A stretch of DNA of 63,059 nt, filler included, from Octopus bimaculoides (GCF_001194135.2; 4 parts of 4 records of this genome joined end to end with filler, not necessarily neighbours in it), one strand, 5' to 3'. Shown: positions 39,001 to 51,245, numbered from the whole stretch's first letter. Translations and numbers: made by a program. The notes: generated from the sequence alone by a model not told the origin.

Positions 39001-39398
39001 AATAACTGTTGTCAAATAATTTCATACATTTACAGTGACTTCAATAACTATTGCAGTTATGATGTTCCGCAGGAAATTACTCCCATTATTTCACACACTT
39101 CAGAATGAGATCAACTCCCAATATTAACGATTAAACATGCCGTACTAAATTTATCTAATTATATTACAGTTCAGTAAATCACTGATACAAAGGCCCTAGG
39201 TATAATTTTCTCTGCTGTATTTTGTCCTGTAAACAAGAAAGGAAAGTTCAAGTAGAATAAATGCCAAAGAAAATTAGGAATTTTTCACTCATCAACCGAC
39301 ATATTATTACGAACATTCTAAATGATTTAATCCAAATGGATGCTAATTTATTTTATTATACTATTGACACAAACACAAACAAAAACATGCATGTACAC

Positions 39399-39436
<38 letters not shown>

Positions 39437-40366
39437 ATGATTGATAGACAGAAAGATAGATCAGCATCGAAAGTGAAATTGCCATATGAAGGAGCTTNNN
39501 NNNNNNNNNNNNNNNNNNNNNNNNNNNNNNNNNNNNNNNNNNNNNNNNNNNNNNNNNNNNNNNNNNNNNNNNNNNNNNNNNNNNNNNNNNNNNNNNNNNN
39601 NNNNNNNNNNNNNNNNNNNNNNNNNNNNNNNNNNNNNNNNNNNNNNNNNNNNNNNNNNNNNNNNNNNNNNNNNNNNNNNNNNNNNNNNNNNNNNNNNNNN
39701 NNNNNNNNNNNNNNNNNNNNNNNNNNNNNNNNNNNNNNNNNNNNNNNNNNNNNNNNNNNNNNNNNNNNNNNNNNNNNNNNNNNNNNNNNNNNNNNNNNNN
39801 NNNNNNNNNNNNNNNNNNNNNNNNNNNNNNNNNNNNNNNNNNNNNNNNNNNNNNNNNNNNNNNNNNNNNNNNNNNNNNNNNNNNNNNNNNNNNNNNNNNN
39901 NNNNNNNNNNNNNNNNNNNNNNNNNNNNNNNNNNNNNNNNNNNNNNNNNNNNNNNNNNNNNNNNNNNNNNNNNNNNNNNNNNNNNNNNNNNNNNNNNNNN
40001 NNNNNNNNNNNNNNNNNNNNNNNNNNNNNNNNNNNNNNNNNNNNNNNNNNNNNNNNNNNNNNNNNNNNNNNNNNNNNNNNNNNNNNNNNNNNNNNNNNNN
40101 NNNNNNNNNNNNNNNNNNNNNNNNNNNNNNNNNNNNNNNNNNNNNNNNNNNNNNNNNNNNNNNNNNNNNNNNNNNNNNNNNNNNNNNNNNNNNNNNNNNN
40201 NNNNNNNNNNNNNNNNNNNNNNNNNNNNNNNNNNNNNNNNNNNNNNNNNNNNNNNNNNNNNNNNNNNNNNNNTATATATAATAACATAAATAATATATAA
40301 ATATATGCATATATCCATACATATATGTAAATACCTACATCTATATGTATACCTACATGCATATAT

Positions 40367-40650
40367 GGGTACAGGACATCACAAAAAACCTTAAACACAA
40401 TGAGAAACAAAAACATAAAGACGAAGACAGAAAACGACCATTTTTCGAACAACGAAAAAAAGAAACAAACGGAGAAACGAGACATGCAACATAGATAATA
40501 TTTCCCTTCTTCAGTTGTCCCTGTTCCAACTACTCCGCGTTTCGAAGGCAAGGAAAATACACGACTTCGTTGAAACAGTCCTTCCCGCAAAAACAAATTA
40601 ATTAAATCTGGAATTTTTTACTGAGGGTGAAAGTGTAAACACGAACAGGA
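40367..40650 (-). mobile_element. Repeat family E copy 1 (ends gtcctgtaccc then AT-rich microsatellite), hosting a permuted hammerhead
   Basis: Shares gggtacaggac, the ccttc.tcag and ttcgaag motifs and cttccc with 41990-42160. Confidence 0.65.
40504..40564 (-). ncRNA. Candidate non-circularly permuted hammerhead ribozyme, core intact
   Basis: UCGUGU-A-UUUUCCUUG-CCUUC-GAAA-CGCGG-linker-CAGGGACAA-CUGAAGA-AGGG: stem III 6 bp, stem I 8/9 bp, stem II 4 bp. Confidence 0.6.
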
Positions 40651-41989
40651 CAGTGAGAACAAGAAATTAAAAGACAGTAAAAACAAGACAGAACAATGAA
40701 AACAAACGGTTAGGGCTGTTAGGCCAAGACGATAGAAAAATTATTTTCGACGCGAAGTTAGATGTGAAGGAGAGACAAAAAAATTCACGTCTTCTCTGTA
40801 GGAAGGAAGGAAGTAGAAAGAAAGAATCTTTTTCATCAGGTGTCAGCGACGAGAGGTTCAAGGAGGAGTGAGAGAGAGGGAACGGTGATTATCTCCCTTA
40901 TACCGACAAAATCCCTGATTACCTCCCACTGTCTGGAACTTCTACATCACACCGTAGCGAAGAGATGACACAACATCGGTAAAAAAATTTGAAACATTTG
41001 AAAAGAAAATACGAAACCGGTTATTTCTCCAAAAACAATATCACTACACACAAAATTTTATAAGATTTTCCTAACATGACGATTGAAATATATTCTTTAA
41101 CCATATAATACAAATTTTCTGTAGCTTTATATATATATATATATAGGCATATATACACACATATATACACAATATACACATAAATGCACATGAATACATA
41201 CTTATGCATGTATATATATATATATATATATATATNNNNNNNNNNNNNNNNNNNNNNNNNNNNNNNNNNNNNNNNNNNNNNNNNNNNNNNNNNNNNNNNN
41301 NNNNNNNNNNNNNNNNNNNNNNNNNNNNNNNNNNNNNNNNNNNNNNNNNNNNNNNNNNNNNNNNNNNNNNNNNNNNNNNNNNNNNNNNNNNNNNNNNNNN
41401 NNNNNNNNNNNNNNNNNNNNNNNNNNNNNNNNNNNNNNNNNNNNNNNNNNNNNNNNNNNNNNNNNNNNNNNNNNNNNNNNNNNNNNNNNNNNNNNNNNNN
41501 NNNNNNNNNNNNNNNNNNNNNNNNNNNNNNNNNNNNNNNNNNNNNNNNNNNNNNNNNNNNNNNNNNNNNNNNNNNNNNNNNNNNNNNNNNNNNNNNNNNN
41601 NNNNNNNNNNNNNNNNNNNNNNNNNNNNNNNNNNNNNNNNNNNNNNNNNNNNNNNNNNNNNNNNNNNNNNNNNNNNNNNNNNNNNNNNNNNNNNNNNNNN
41701 NNNNNNNNNNNNNNNNNNNNNNNNNNNNNNNNNNNNNNNNNNNNNNNNNNNNNNNNNNNNNNNNNNNNNNNNNNNNNNNNNNNNNNNNNNNNNNNNNNNN
41801 NNNNNNNNNNNNNNNNNNNNNNNNNNNNNNNNNNNNNNNNNNNNNNNNNNNNNNNNNNNNNNNNNNNNNNNNNNNNNNNNNNNATATATATATATATATA
41901 TATATAATACAAATGATAAATGAGTATATGCATATATACGTACAGGTATGTACATACTTACATCTACATGTATATATAGATGCATATTT

Positions 41990-42160
41990 GGGTACAGGAC
42001 GTTGCAAAGAAACGTGGATAAAATGATAAACAGAGTACAGATAACACACAGGCCACATAGAGAACATTTCCTTCATCAGCTGCCACCATTCTAAAACTAA
42101 GCGCTTCGAAGAGTTAGGGCAGGACGCATCGTTAGAATGGCTCTTCCCACGGACGAATTA
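41990..42160 (-). mobile_element. Repeat family E copy 2
   Basis: Homologous to 40367-40650, same terminal motif. Confidence 0.65.
42069..42127 (-). ncRNA. Candidate permuted hammerhead, A15.1>G variant
   Basis: GCGU-C-CUGCC-CUAAC-UCUUC-GAAG-CGC-linker-GGCAG-CUGAUGA-AGGA. Confidence 0.55.
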
Positions 42161-42975
42161 TTTGGTACCGTTCAGTTAAATGTAATGTAGAACGGGAAAT
42201 ACATTTTGTATAACCTCCAGGCGCAAAATATACAAAAACAGTTTTACATTCAAACATATCTTTAACACGCTCCATGTACGGTTATTTAGCATGACAATTT
42301 AGTTAAAATTCTACGGGCCAATGAAAGTTTAATTTAAGAGCAGATAATAGAGTTGATCAAGCAACTTAATTACCAATATTCCCATATTGAAGTGCGATAA
42401 TTATAATTCACCTTAAGGTATGGTTGAATTAAATTTAGCTCTAACGTCCCAATTCTTATAAACACCAAGTCGCTATTTACGCGTGCATATGCTTTTAACT
42501 TCGTGGCTTTTTGTATGCGTGAGTGTACATGCGCCATACAAATTATGCAAGGGCGTTTGTACATACATATCTGTTAACCGTTATATTTAATTCTTTTTTA
42601 CTGTATTGTGTATTTCTTTTTTCCTTCTGCATTTGTTATCTTTTATTATTGATCTTCTATATAAATATATATACTTTAATTTGCTGCTTTTCTTTACACG
42701 AAATGTGAAGATACCTTGTAGGCCTGTTATGTTAACGAGTATATCTAATTATCACCCGAATAGACAAATCTACACCGACGGATGCTCCTAAACCAGATGT
42801 TAAGTATCCTACCTCTGTGGGATCAATGCTAAATTGGTTGAAACAATTGTAGCGATTGATAAAATGTTAAAATGGCACTTCTGACTTGTTACTGAGATGT
42901 TCAAAATATTTAGTTCTTACACCTATTCATCTGGTGAAAACGGTTCTTTTTCACACGATGTAACACTTCTATTCT

Positions 42976-43299
42976 TCAATAAAAAACCACGTTTGAAACA
43001 GCTGTAGGGAACCAGAAGTGATCTTTTGTTGTTTGTTTATCCTTCATGTAACCCAGAACCTGCAATTCGCCTGGATCAAAGTACAGTAAAATTTGTACAG
43101 TGTTTATACCCATGTTCAACCTTGAGACTCGTTGTATATTCAGGCGACCATGTGTTATTGTGCATAAACCGGAATATAAATCCGTGTTTACTTTTGTAAC
43201 TACGTTTTCGTCTTCATATATTGTTTGTACACGATAGTAATACCTGCAACCCGAACTTAATGTTTTACTAAGTAACTGATTCACTGATTCACTTGATTC
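42976..43299 (-). CDS. Candidate coding exon (107 codons), unassigned
   Basis: Open frame after a tttcag acceptor in AT-rich DNA; LSSGCRYYYRVQT loosely resembles an FN3 strand motif. Competes with a plus-strand model. Confidence 0.2.
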   Translation of the reverse strand, partial: ESSESVNQLLSKTLSSGCRYYYRVQTIYEDENVVTKVNTDLYSGLCTITHGRLNIQRVSRLNMGINTVQILLYFDPGELQVLGYMKDKQTTKDHFWFPTAVSNVVFY

Positions 43300-43424
43300 C
43301 TGAAATATATANNNNNNNNNNNNNNNNNNNNNNNNNNNNNNNNNNNNNNNNNNNNNNNNNNNNNNNNNNNNNNNNNNNNNNNNNNNNNNNNNNNNNNNNN
43401 NNNNNNNNNNNNNNNNNNNNNNNN

Positions 43425-43483
43425 TATGACGTTGACCACTAACGTGGACATTTAATGTGCTAGAAATAGTGGTCAACGTCATA
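43425..43483. repeat. 17 bp perfect inverted repeat (59 bp hairpin)
   Basis: tatgacgttgaccacta / tagtggtcaacgtcata. Confidence 0.85.
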
Positions 43484-43610
43484 TATAAAAATGTACTTTA
43501 ATCCCCTGAGATTGCAGATACTGTTTCTGAATCTCTTTGATTCTTTAAATGTGCTAGCTTCCTGGTAATTAATCGATATTAATTAATACATGATTTTTTG
43601 CCATTTTTTA

Positions 43611-43648
<38 letters not shown>

Positions 43649-43943
43649 GTAAAAAATAATTGTTATAAGCTTCAGGATTATAACCGCTCTCTGTATACTG
43701 GCTATAGAAAATAGTCTAATATACAAGCATATAAGCCCAAGACGGAAAAAGTGGGAATCAGTACGCGTGGGGTTCGACCCATTTTTACACACTTATGTTG
43801 AATACAAGAGGTGTGGGTTCGATTCCAACGCAAACTAGTACCCACTTTATCTGTCGGCGGGTTATATACCGTGTAATTCCAAGGTGATATAGCAAACAGT
43901 ATCCCTTCAATTTTGGTACATAATATTTATATTTCGCTAACAG

Positions 43944-44275
43944 AAGATACAAACGACCGTTGTTCTGCACTTATTATTACATTTGTAATTGAAATAGCAT
44001 TTTCTTTATCTAGTCTAGAACGAATGCCACTCTACTTTTGCTTACCGCTTTCTATGTATAGGTAAACCTATTTTCCTTTGTTGGCGGAGTCTCATCCATT
44101 TTTCAGTTAATGCACTGCCTATAAGTGTATTTCCTGTTATACACACAATTTAATTGTTTATAAAGAAGTAAGTCTTGTATAAACTAACAAGAGCAGCCCT
44201 TTTTGCAGACTTCAGAATAAACTGGAAGACCGTTTGAAGAAAGATACTCTAGATTACAGCAACGAAATAACATAA
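43944..44275 (+). CDS. Candidate pair of phase-compatible exons (43944-44061, 44209-44275): TM-like segment then juxtamembrane tail
   Basis: AG/GT sites, CTAAC branch motif at about 44184, phase-2 junction ag|a; peptide SALIITFVIEIAFSLSSL...MYR|RLQNKLEDRLKKDTLDYSNEIT*. Confidence 0.25.
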
Positions 44276-44697
44276 ATGCAATTCTTTATATACATTTTGT
44301 AGATGTTTGTACATATGTATGCATGCAGAAAATTATGGACGACAATGACGCCAGTTTATTCACAACCACTGTAAAAACGGAAGGAAATCTATACGGAAAT
44401 TCATAGAGGATAGATAGAGGATAATAATCTATGATATTATTTGTATATATACTCAGGCAAACGCACACATATATGTGCAGCCATATACCTATACATACAT
44501 GCACTCACGCATACTCATGCACACAAACACACACACATATGTATACACACACATACATATGTATACACACACACATACACACACACACACTCTCTCTCTC
44601 TCACACACACATACACACACACACACACCCACATATATATATATATATATATANNNNNNNNNNNNNNNNNNNNNNNNNNNNNNNNNNNNNNNNNNNN

Positions 44698-44709
44698 TTA
44701 ATTAATTAA
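44698..44709. other. Artificial scaffold linker TTAATTAATTAA
   Basis: Same N-padded 12-mer as at 17957. Confidence 0.9.
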
Positions 44710-44753
44710 NNNNNNNNNNNNNNNNNNNNNNNNNNNNNNNNNNNNNNNNNNNN

Positions 44754-44799
<46 letters not shown>

Positions 44800-45869
44800 G
44801 CACTTATATATTACGCAACACCGTGTCTAGAAAATACCTATTAAGTCCATATAAGTGTGTAGTACCTCATACTTCATATATCATAGTATGTACTCATCCA
44901 TTACATACATGATATTATAATTTCCTATCTATAATTAATTAAATCCTACACTGTATGATGTGTTATGTAATATTTCTCCAACATTAATTATCATCTGATA
45001 ATAGAATCAGGATATTAGCTCTTATATAATCAACTTTTATTGAAGCAACACATGACGGTGTAATTGCACTGCGAAACTGATAAGAGATAACGTGATCACA
45101 GCCAACGCCATTTCGTTCTTTGAAATACGCGGTTTCTCTAATTGCCGAGGAATGGAAAACTACCGAAATTATGTTAGCGCTGAACTAGAACTGTAATCGT
45201 ATGTGAATAACCTTTTATAGGGACTAAGACTGAGAGAGAGAGAGAGAGAAAGAGCGAGAGAGAGAGATTACGCGTATGCTTGTGTATGTGTGTTTTACTG
45301 AATATTTATACGTATGTGTTTTTGAAGCAGTCATGTATGCATGTATATGCTTATATTACGTACATGTTTTTTGCATCTATCTATGAGGGCATTTATACAT
45401 GTCTTCGTATGAATGTAGGCATTCGTATGTATATATGTAGACGCGAGGCTATCAGTATATTAGCAGTGCATATAAGTTAATTCAAATATTTATGTACACA
45501 CACACACACATACACATTATATATATATATATATACTTCATGCATGCAGCCACATTTGCAAAATATATCCTGGCGGTTTGACGAACCTGCGGTGATTTCA
45601 GATGCATTAAACTGTTATTAAATAATATATGCCAATCCCAATAAATGCGTCCAGTGCCACATTCTCCCACTCACCCGTACATATATATTTACCTAAACAT
45701 ATACATATATCTGCGAATGGTTTTGTTATACAGTGCCAAGTTTTACAATCGTGTAAATAACAATAATGGTATTTAGATAAGCCTAAAGCTTATAGCGATC
45801 ACCAACGACTAAGAAAGTCTAATAATGGGGCATATATGACTTCGACAGAAAAAACTGGGCTTTTCATAA

Positions 45870-45935
45870 GCGTTGGACTCGAACATACATCCGTTTGTTA
45901 ACGCAGCTATGTGTGTTACCATTACACCAGCGAAT
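45870..45935 (-). pseudogene. Degenerate tRNA-like sequence (pseudogene or SINE head)
   Basis: A box tggtgtaatgg and B box gttcgagtc at tRNA spacing; no intact cloverleaf. Confidence 0.4.
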
Positions 45936-45971
45936 TAGCCACCCTATTTCGGATAAGTTTTAAAACTATGT

Positions 45972-46087
45972 CAGTTCCGGGTACAGCCCCACTGCGTGGC
46001 ACCTTGGGCAAATATCTTCTGCTATATAGCCTCAGGCCGACCAAAATCTGTGAGTGGATTTAGTAGACGGAAACCGAAATAAGCCTG

Positions 46088-46124
<37 letters not shown>

Positions 46125-46795
46125 CATGTGTGTGTGTATATATGTTTGCGTGTCTATGTTTGTCCCCCTCAACATCGCTTGACAACCGATGCTAGTGTGT
46201 TTACGTCTCCGTAACTTAGCGGTTCGGCAAAAGAGTCATAGAATAAGTTCTAGGCTTACAAAGACTAAGTCCTGGGCTCGATTTGCTCGAGTAAAGGCAG
46301 TACTCCAGCATGGCCACAGTCAAATGACTGAAGCAAGTCAAAGAGTAAAAGACAATAAATTATTTAAGGAATAAAGAATATATAAGAGTGGCTGTGTGGT
46401 AAGTAGCTTGCTTACCAACCACATGGTCCCGGGTTCAGTCCCACTGCGTGGCACCTTGGGCAAGTGTCTTCTATTATAGCCTCGGGCCAACCAAAGCCTT
46501 GTGAGTGGATTTGGTAGACGGAAACTGAAAGAAGCCTGTCGTATATATGTATATATATATATGTATGTGTGTATGTGTTTGTATATCTGTGTTTGTCCCC
46601 CCAAGATCGCTTGACAACCGATGCTGGTGTGTTTACGTCCCTGTAACTTAGCGGTTCGGCAAAAGAGACCGAAAGAATAAGTACCAGGCTTCCAAAGAAT
46701 AAGTCCTGGGGTCGATTTGCTCGACTAAAGGCGGTGCTCCAGCATGGCCACAGTGAAAAGACTGAAAGAAGTAAAAGAGTAAAAGAGTATATAAA
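45972..46795 (+). mobile_element. Tandem pair of SINE family B copies (45972-46380 5'-truncated, 46385-46795 full)
   Basis: Both carry the body and the cagcatggccacagt...gactgaa tail followed by gtaaaaga repeats. Confidence 0.92.
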
Positions 46796-47389
46796 GATTA
46801 TTCCGACGTACGAAAGCCAACAATATTAAGGAGAATCGAATAATCGAAGGTATACAAGATAAAATTGTCAAAAACAAGAGACAGGAAACGAATATGAAAA
46901 CGACAATGCATAGAAATTGTAGTGACATATGGAATCTTGTTGCTATCATGCATAAGCTGGACACGGAAAGGACAAATACTTATAATGCTAAACGTTCGAT
47001 AACATAACTTCAAAACGGTTTACATTATTACTGTCTCATTTCCGTTTTCGGTTGGGATACTCATTCGGTTACATGCATACGTGCGTATTTACTGGAGGCG
47101 TTTACATGTGTATTTACGTATGTGCAAGAATATGTAGGTGACTGTCTCTATTTGTAGGCATGTAACCATGTTTATAGCTATATAATGACATATATATATA
47201 CATATATACATGCACACACATACACACATGTATATATGCATATATGGATGTGTGTTCTCCCATATACATACCTATACATTCACCATCAGACACATACGAT
47301 CTCTCTCTCTAGAGAAATAGAGGGAGAGAGATATCATATATTCGCTCAGAATTGCGTACATTGCAACATATATTTACATGTATATCCAT

Positions 47390-47437
<48 letters not shown>

Positions 47438-47845
47438 GAGAATATACAACAAATATATATATATCTTTCTATCTGTCTCTCTATGTATCTCTAGCTATAT
47501 CTTAGACATATACGCATACACATATATTCACACAAGCAAAGCAGGAATACTGAAATCTGTAGAGCTGAAAAAAAAATCAAAAAAAGTAAAGAATGGAAAT
47601 CGAATATTGCCAAACAAGCTGAAGACATCCAGATGTAAATATTTGAACTTGCACAATCTACATAGTAAATATGCATTAGTGTCTCTTAGGAATGACCAGA
47701 AGATTGAGTGACGTATCGAGAGATCTATAGTTAGAGAGGGAAACAGGACGGATACATAGAGAAAACCAGGTCAAATACTAGCAACTTAAGACACGCACGA
47801 ACATCGAGTGGCGCCTAATCACGTAGATACATATATATTTATATA

Positions 47846-47909
<64 letters not shown>

Positions 47910-48363
47910 NNNNNNNNNNNNNNNNNNNNNNNNNNNNNNNNNNNNNNNNNNNNNNNNNNNNNNNNNNNNNNNNNNNNNNNNNNNNNNNNNNNNNNNNNNN
48001 NNNNNNNNNNNNNNNNNNNNNNNNNNNNNNNNNNNNNNNNNNNNNNNNNNNNNNNNNNNNNNNNNNNNNNNNNNNNNNNNNNNNNNNNNNNNNNNNNNNN
48101 NNNNNNNNNNNNNNNNNNNNNNNNNNNNNNNNNNNNNNNNNNNNNNNNNNNNNNNNNNNNNNNNNNNNNNNNNNNNNNNNNNNNNNNNNNNNNNNNNNNN
48201 NNNNNNNNNNNNNNNNNNNNNNNNNNNNNNNNNNNNNNNNNNNNNNNNNNNNNNNNNNNNNNNNNNNNNNNNNNNNNNNNNNNNNNNNNNNNNNNNNNNN
48301 NNNNNNNNNNNNNNNNNNNNNNNNNNNNNNNNNNNNNNNNNNNNNNNNNNNNNNNNNNNNNNN

Positions 48364-48449
<86 letters not shown>

Positions 48450-49689
48450 TTGAAAGAAAGAAATTGGAGAATTATGAATGTATAAATAATTTATTTGTAT
48501 GATATAAAGATTTTGAATTTTTTTATACAAACAATACAAGTAAACTATAAATTGTAAAACTCAAAAATAATGGTAAACACCTGCCATAAACATTCATACA
48601 TATATATTTCGATTCATGCCCGTAGGTGATACGTAATTCTAGGTATTTGGGTATGGTCATATGTTAAGAATTCGTATCATTTCCAAATATATAGGGCAGA
48701 ATCTCGTCAGGGCTTTATGAGCTTATAGAAGAAAGGATGGAGACAAATTACTAGTACTTTTAATAAGTTAGACACTTTTTATAATACTTATGAATTTAAC
48801 TAATGAGTTGTAGATGTTAGTAAAATACAATAAAGTATAATTAAATAACATATAAATAAAAGTAGAGAAATAAGATAAAAGGGATAAGAAATAAAAATAA
48901 GTAAGAAGTAAAGACAAATATAAATGATAATTAAAAGGTAATGACAAATATCAATGTATGTAATATATATATAAAGAGGAATAACTGCCAGGTAGATTCC
49001 TAATATACTAGAAGATGACCCTAAATGGTCAAACCATGGAGAAAATTGTTCTCAAGAAATTTCGGCAAACGCCAGAACGTAAGATTTGCAAGACAAAAGA
49101 AAAGATACATTACGTAAATGCCCGCAACTCTTCAGTGTGACGGTCTGGAAAATGTAATCCACAGAACTAATCATGAGACGTCCTTTCAAGAGAAGACATG
49201 CATAAAGTTGTACCAATTATACTTGGTGGGGGGCGGGGGTGCATTTCAAATGTCTTCGTTTTGGCGCGCCGAAGCCGGAAAGGACTCTGCAATTAATGAA
49301 TTTCTGCAGCGAATTTACAGTTTAGAGAACATGGTTAATTAAAAATTAGATAATGAATGTAGAAATTGATATTAATTAAATTAATACTAATTTAAACACA
49401 TTTTAATTTCAATCACCTTTTTAATCGCAGTTTATTTATTTATATTATTCTATTCTATTTTTAATCGATTTTTATTCTTATGTATAAAAATTTTGACTTC
49501 CCTCTACTAATTTGGTTTTGTGGTCTATGTTGTACTTCTTATATGTGGTCATTGGTGGGCTACGGCTTTTTGAGTCGATGACCTAACGGTTTTATTCTGC
49601 AATTAACTTTGTATACATGTATACATATACATGGATGTATGTATATCTATCTATCTATCTCTTTCTCTCTACGGAAAGACTCGTGCTAG

Positions 49690-49918
49690 ACGCCGTCCAA
49701 CTGAAGAATCCCATCCTAAATGTCTCAAGGAAACAGTGCAAGCGAGAGGTGGCGGGGTAATTGGGTGGACCGCGTTCAACAGCTTAGTTGTTGGTCCAGT
49801 TGTTAACGTTGATGGCAGAGGCAGACTAATCTATGTACGCTATCTGCAATTAGTAAACGAAAGTGTACTGCTATATTTAAATAATCAGATGCCACTGGGA
49901 TTTATTTTAGAGCAATAA
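49690..49918 (+). pseudogene. Tc1-like transposase fragment
   Basis: CLKETVQARGGGVIGWTAFNSLVVGPVVNVDG resembles the Tc1 TVKHGGGSVMVWGAF..GVGPL motif. Confidence 0.75.
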
Positions 49919-50304
49919 TGCTGTTGTTATTGAGTGTCTCCGCAGAAACCGGATTTGAATCTAACAAAAAATTATGTTTGTAAAAGATTTCATGCTAAAA
50001 ACACCAACAACTTTATCCCAATTATATAATTTCATTGAGGAATTATGACAGAACATTCTAAGTGATTTTTGCGCTCATTTGTTGAACTTTATTTCCTGGC
50101 GTTGTAAGGCCGTAACTGAAAATAATGGCAATAGAACTGGATACTAATGATAATTTTTTGTTCGTTGCTCATTTGTGTCGTAAATTTTCAATTAAAAAAA
50201 AAATATTGTTGGTACGGTCTTCAACTTATTTTGCTGACAATTTTTAATCGTTCGAATTAATTGCGCATTAAAATTATTCAAATTGTAGAAAGATATATAA
50301 TGCC

Positions 50305-50528
50305 GGTAATCTTCGAGTTTAGGGGGATAAAAAAAATAAATAAAAATATTCAAGGGAAATAACTGAACGACTTACCAGTATTATCCGTTTTCTTCTAGCT
50401 GTTTATAAATAAATCACACCCTAACCCTAACGTCAATCAAATCACGTGTGTGATTTATTTATAAACAGAGATGTACGGAGTTACTTCCCTTGAATTTTTT
50501 TTTTAACCCTCTAAACTTGAAGATTACC
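50305..50528. mobile_element. 224 bp palindromic MITE with internal CCCTAA repeats
   Basis: Nested inverted segments ggtaatctt/aagattacc, tcaagggaaataact/agttacttcccttga and ctgtttataaataaatcacac/gtgtgatttatttataaacag. Confidence 0.85.
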
Positions 50529-50882
50529 TATAATGCCTATACCACCTAAAAAAGGAAAAAATTCTACATAAACTGTAGAAACTAAAATATGTTATCACTG
50601 TTTGGATATCAGTATATCAAAGAAAGAATAGAACTGTCATCGTCGGTCTTACACTTATTTTGGTCTTGAGCTGTATTTGGATGGTTAACATTGTTTAACA
50701 CCTTCACCTGCTTAAGATTGTTTTTCTGTTTAATTTATCATTGTTAAAGATAGTTTAACCGACGGTTTTAGGTCCTCTTCTAGTAGGTAAGCAACTTGTG
50801 GGACCTTGTCCGGCATTCGCCATGATGGATCGCTAGCCACTATCCTTTTTCTATTTTCTCCCTGCTTATTTCTGTGTTCCTT

Positions 50883-50916
50883 TCTTTCGAAGAGCGTAGG
50901 CTCCAAAAGTAAAAGA
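50883..50916 (+). ncRNA. Degenerate minimal hammerhead, same family as 61537
   Basis: UCUUU-CGAA-GAGC-GUAG-GCUC-CAAAAGU-A-AAAGA: stems I and II intact, core broken. Confidence 0.35.
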
Positions 50917-51245
50917 CTTTCTCACTTCCCGAGCGTTAAACTAATACATCCGTTTGTTGTTTACACACCCGTCTTCATCATTTGATTTTTATTGTAAATT
51001 CTCGTTATATATATGTATATATCTCTTTGAGATCTGTTCCGTGTACCACACGACAGCAACAGCAGTTCCAGCGACACATCAACAGCTTCGTCCAACGATG
51101 ACCACCAACGACGCCGCCACATCAGCAACACGATTCTACGATTACTACTAACCAGCATCAATCTCCACCAGCGTCAACACGACCTTCTATATATACATAT
51201 ATATAAAATACAAAAATAAGAGGAATGACCAGCAAAAGTGGACTC

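Noticed and set aside
43760-43835. Two tRNA B-box-like motifs
   Set aside because: No A box or cloverleaf.
45972-46795. Direct repeats of about 400 bp as a possible LTR pair or CRISPR-like array
   Set aside because: Two adjacent SINE B copies; no internal domain or spacers.
49005-49040. GAAGAU-GACC/GGUC-AAAC hammerhead-like relic
   Set aside because: Both core segments are mutated.
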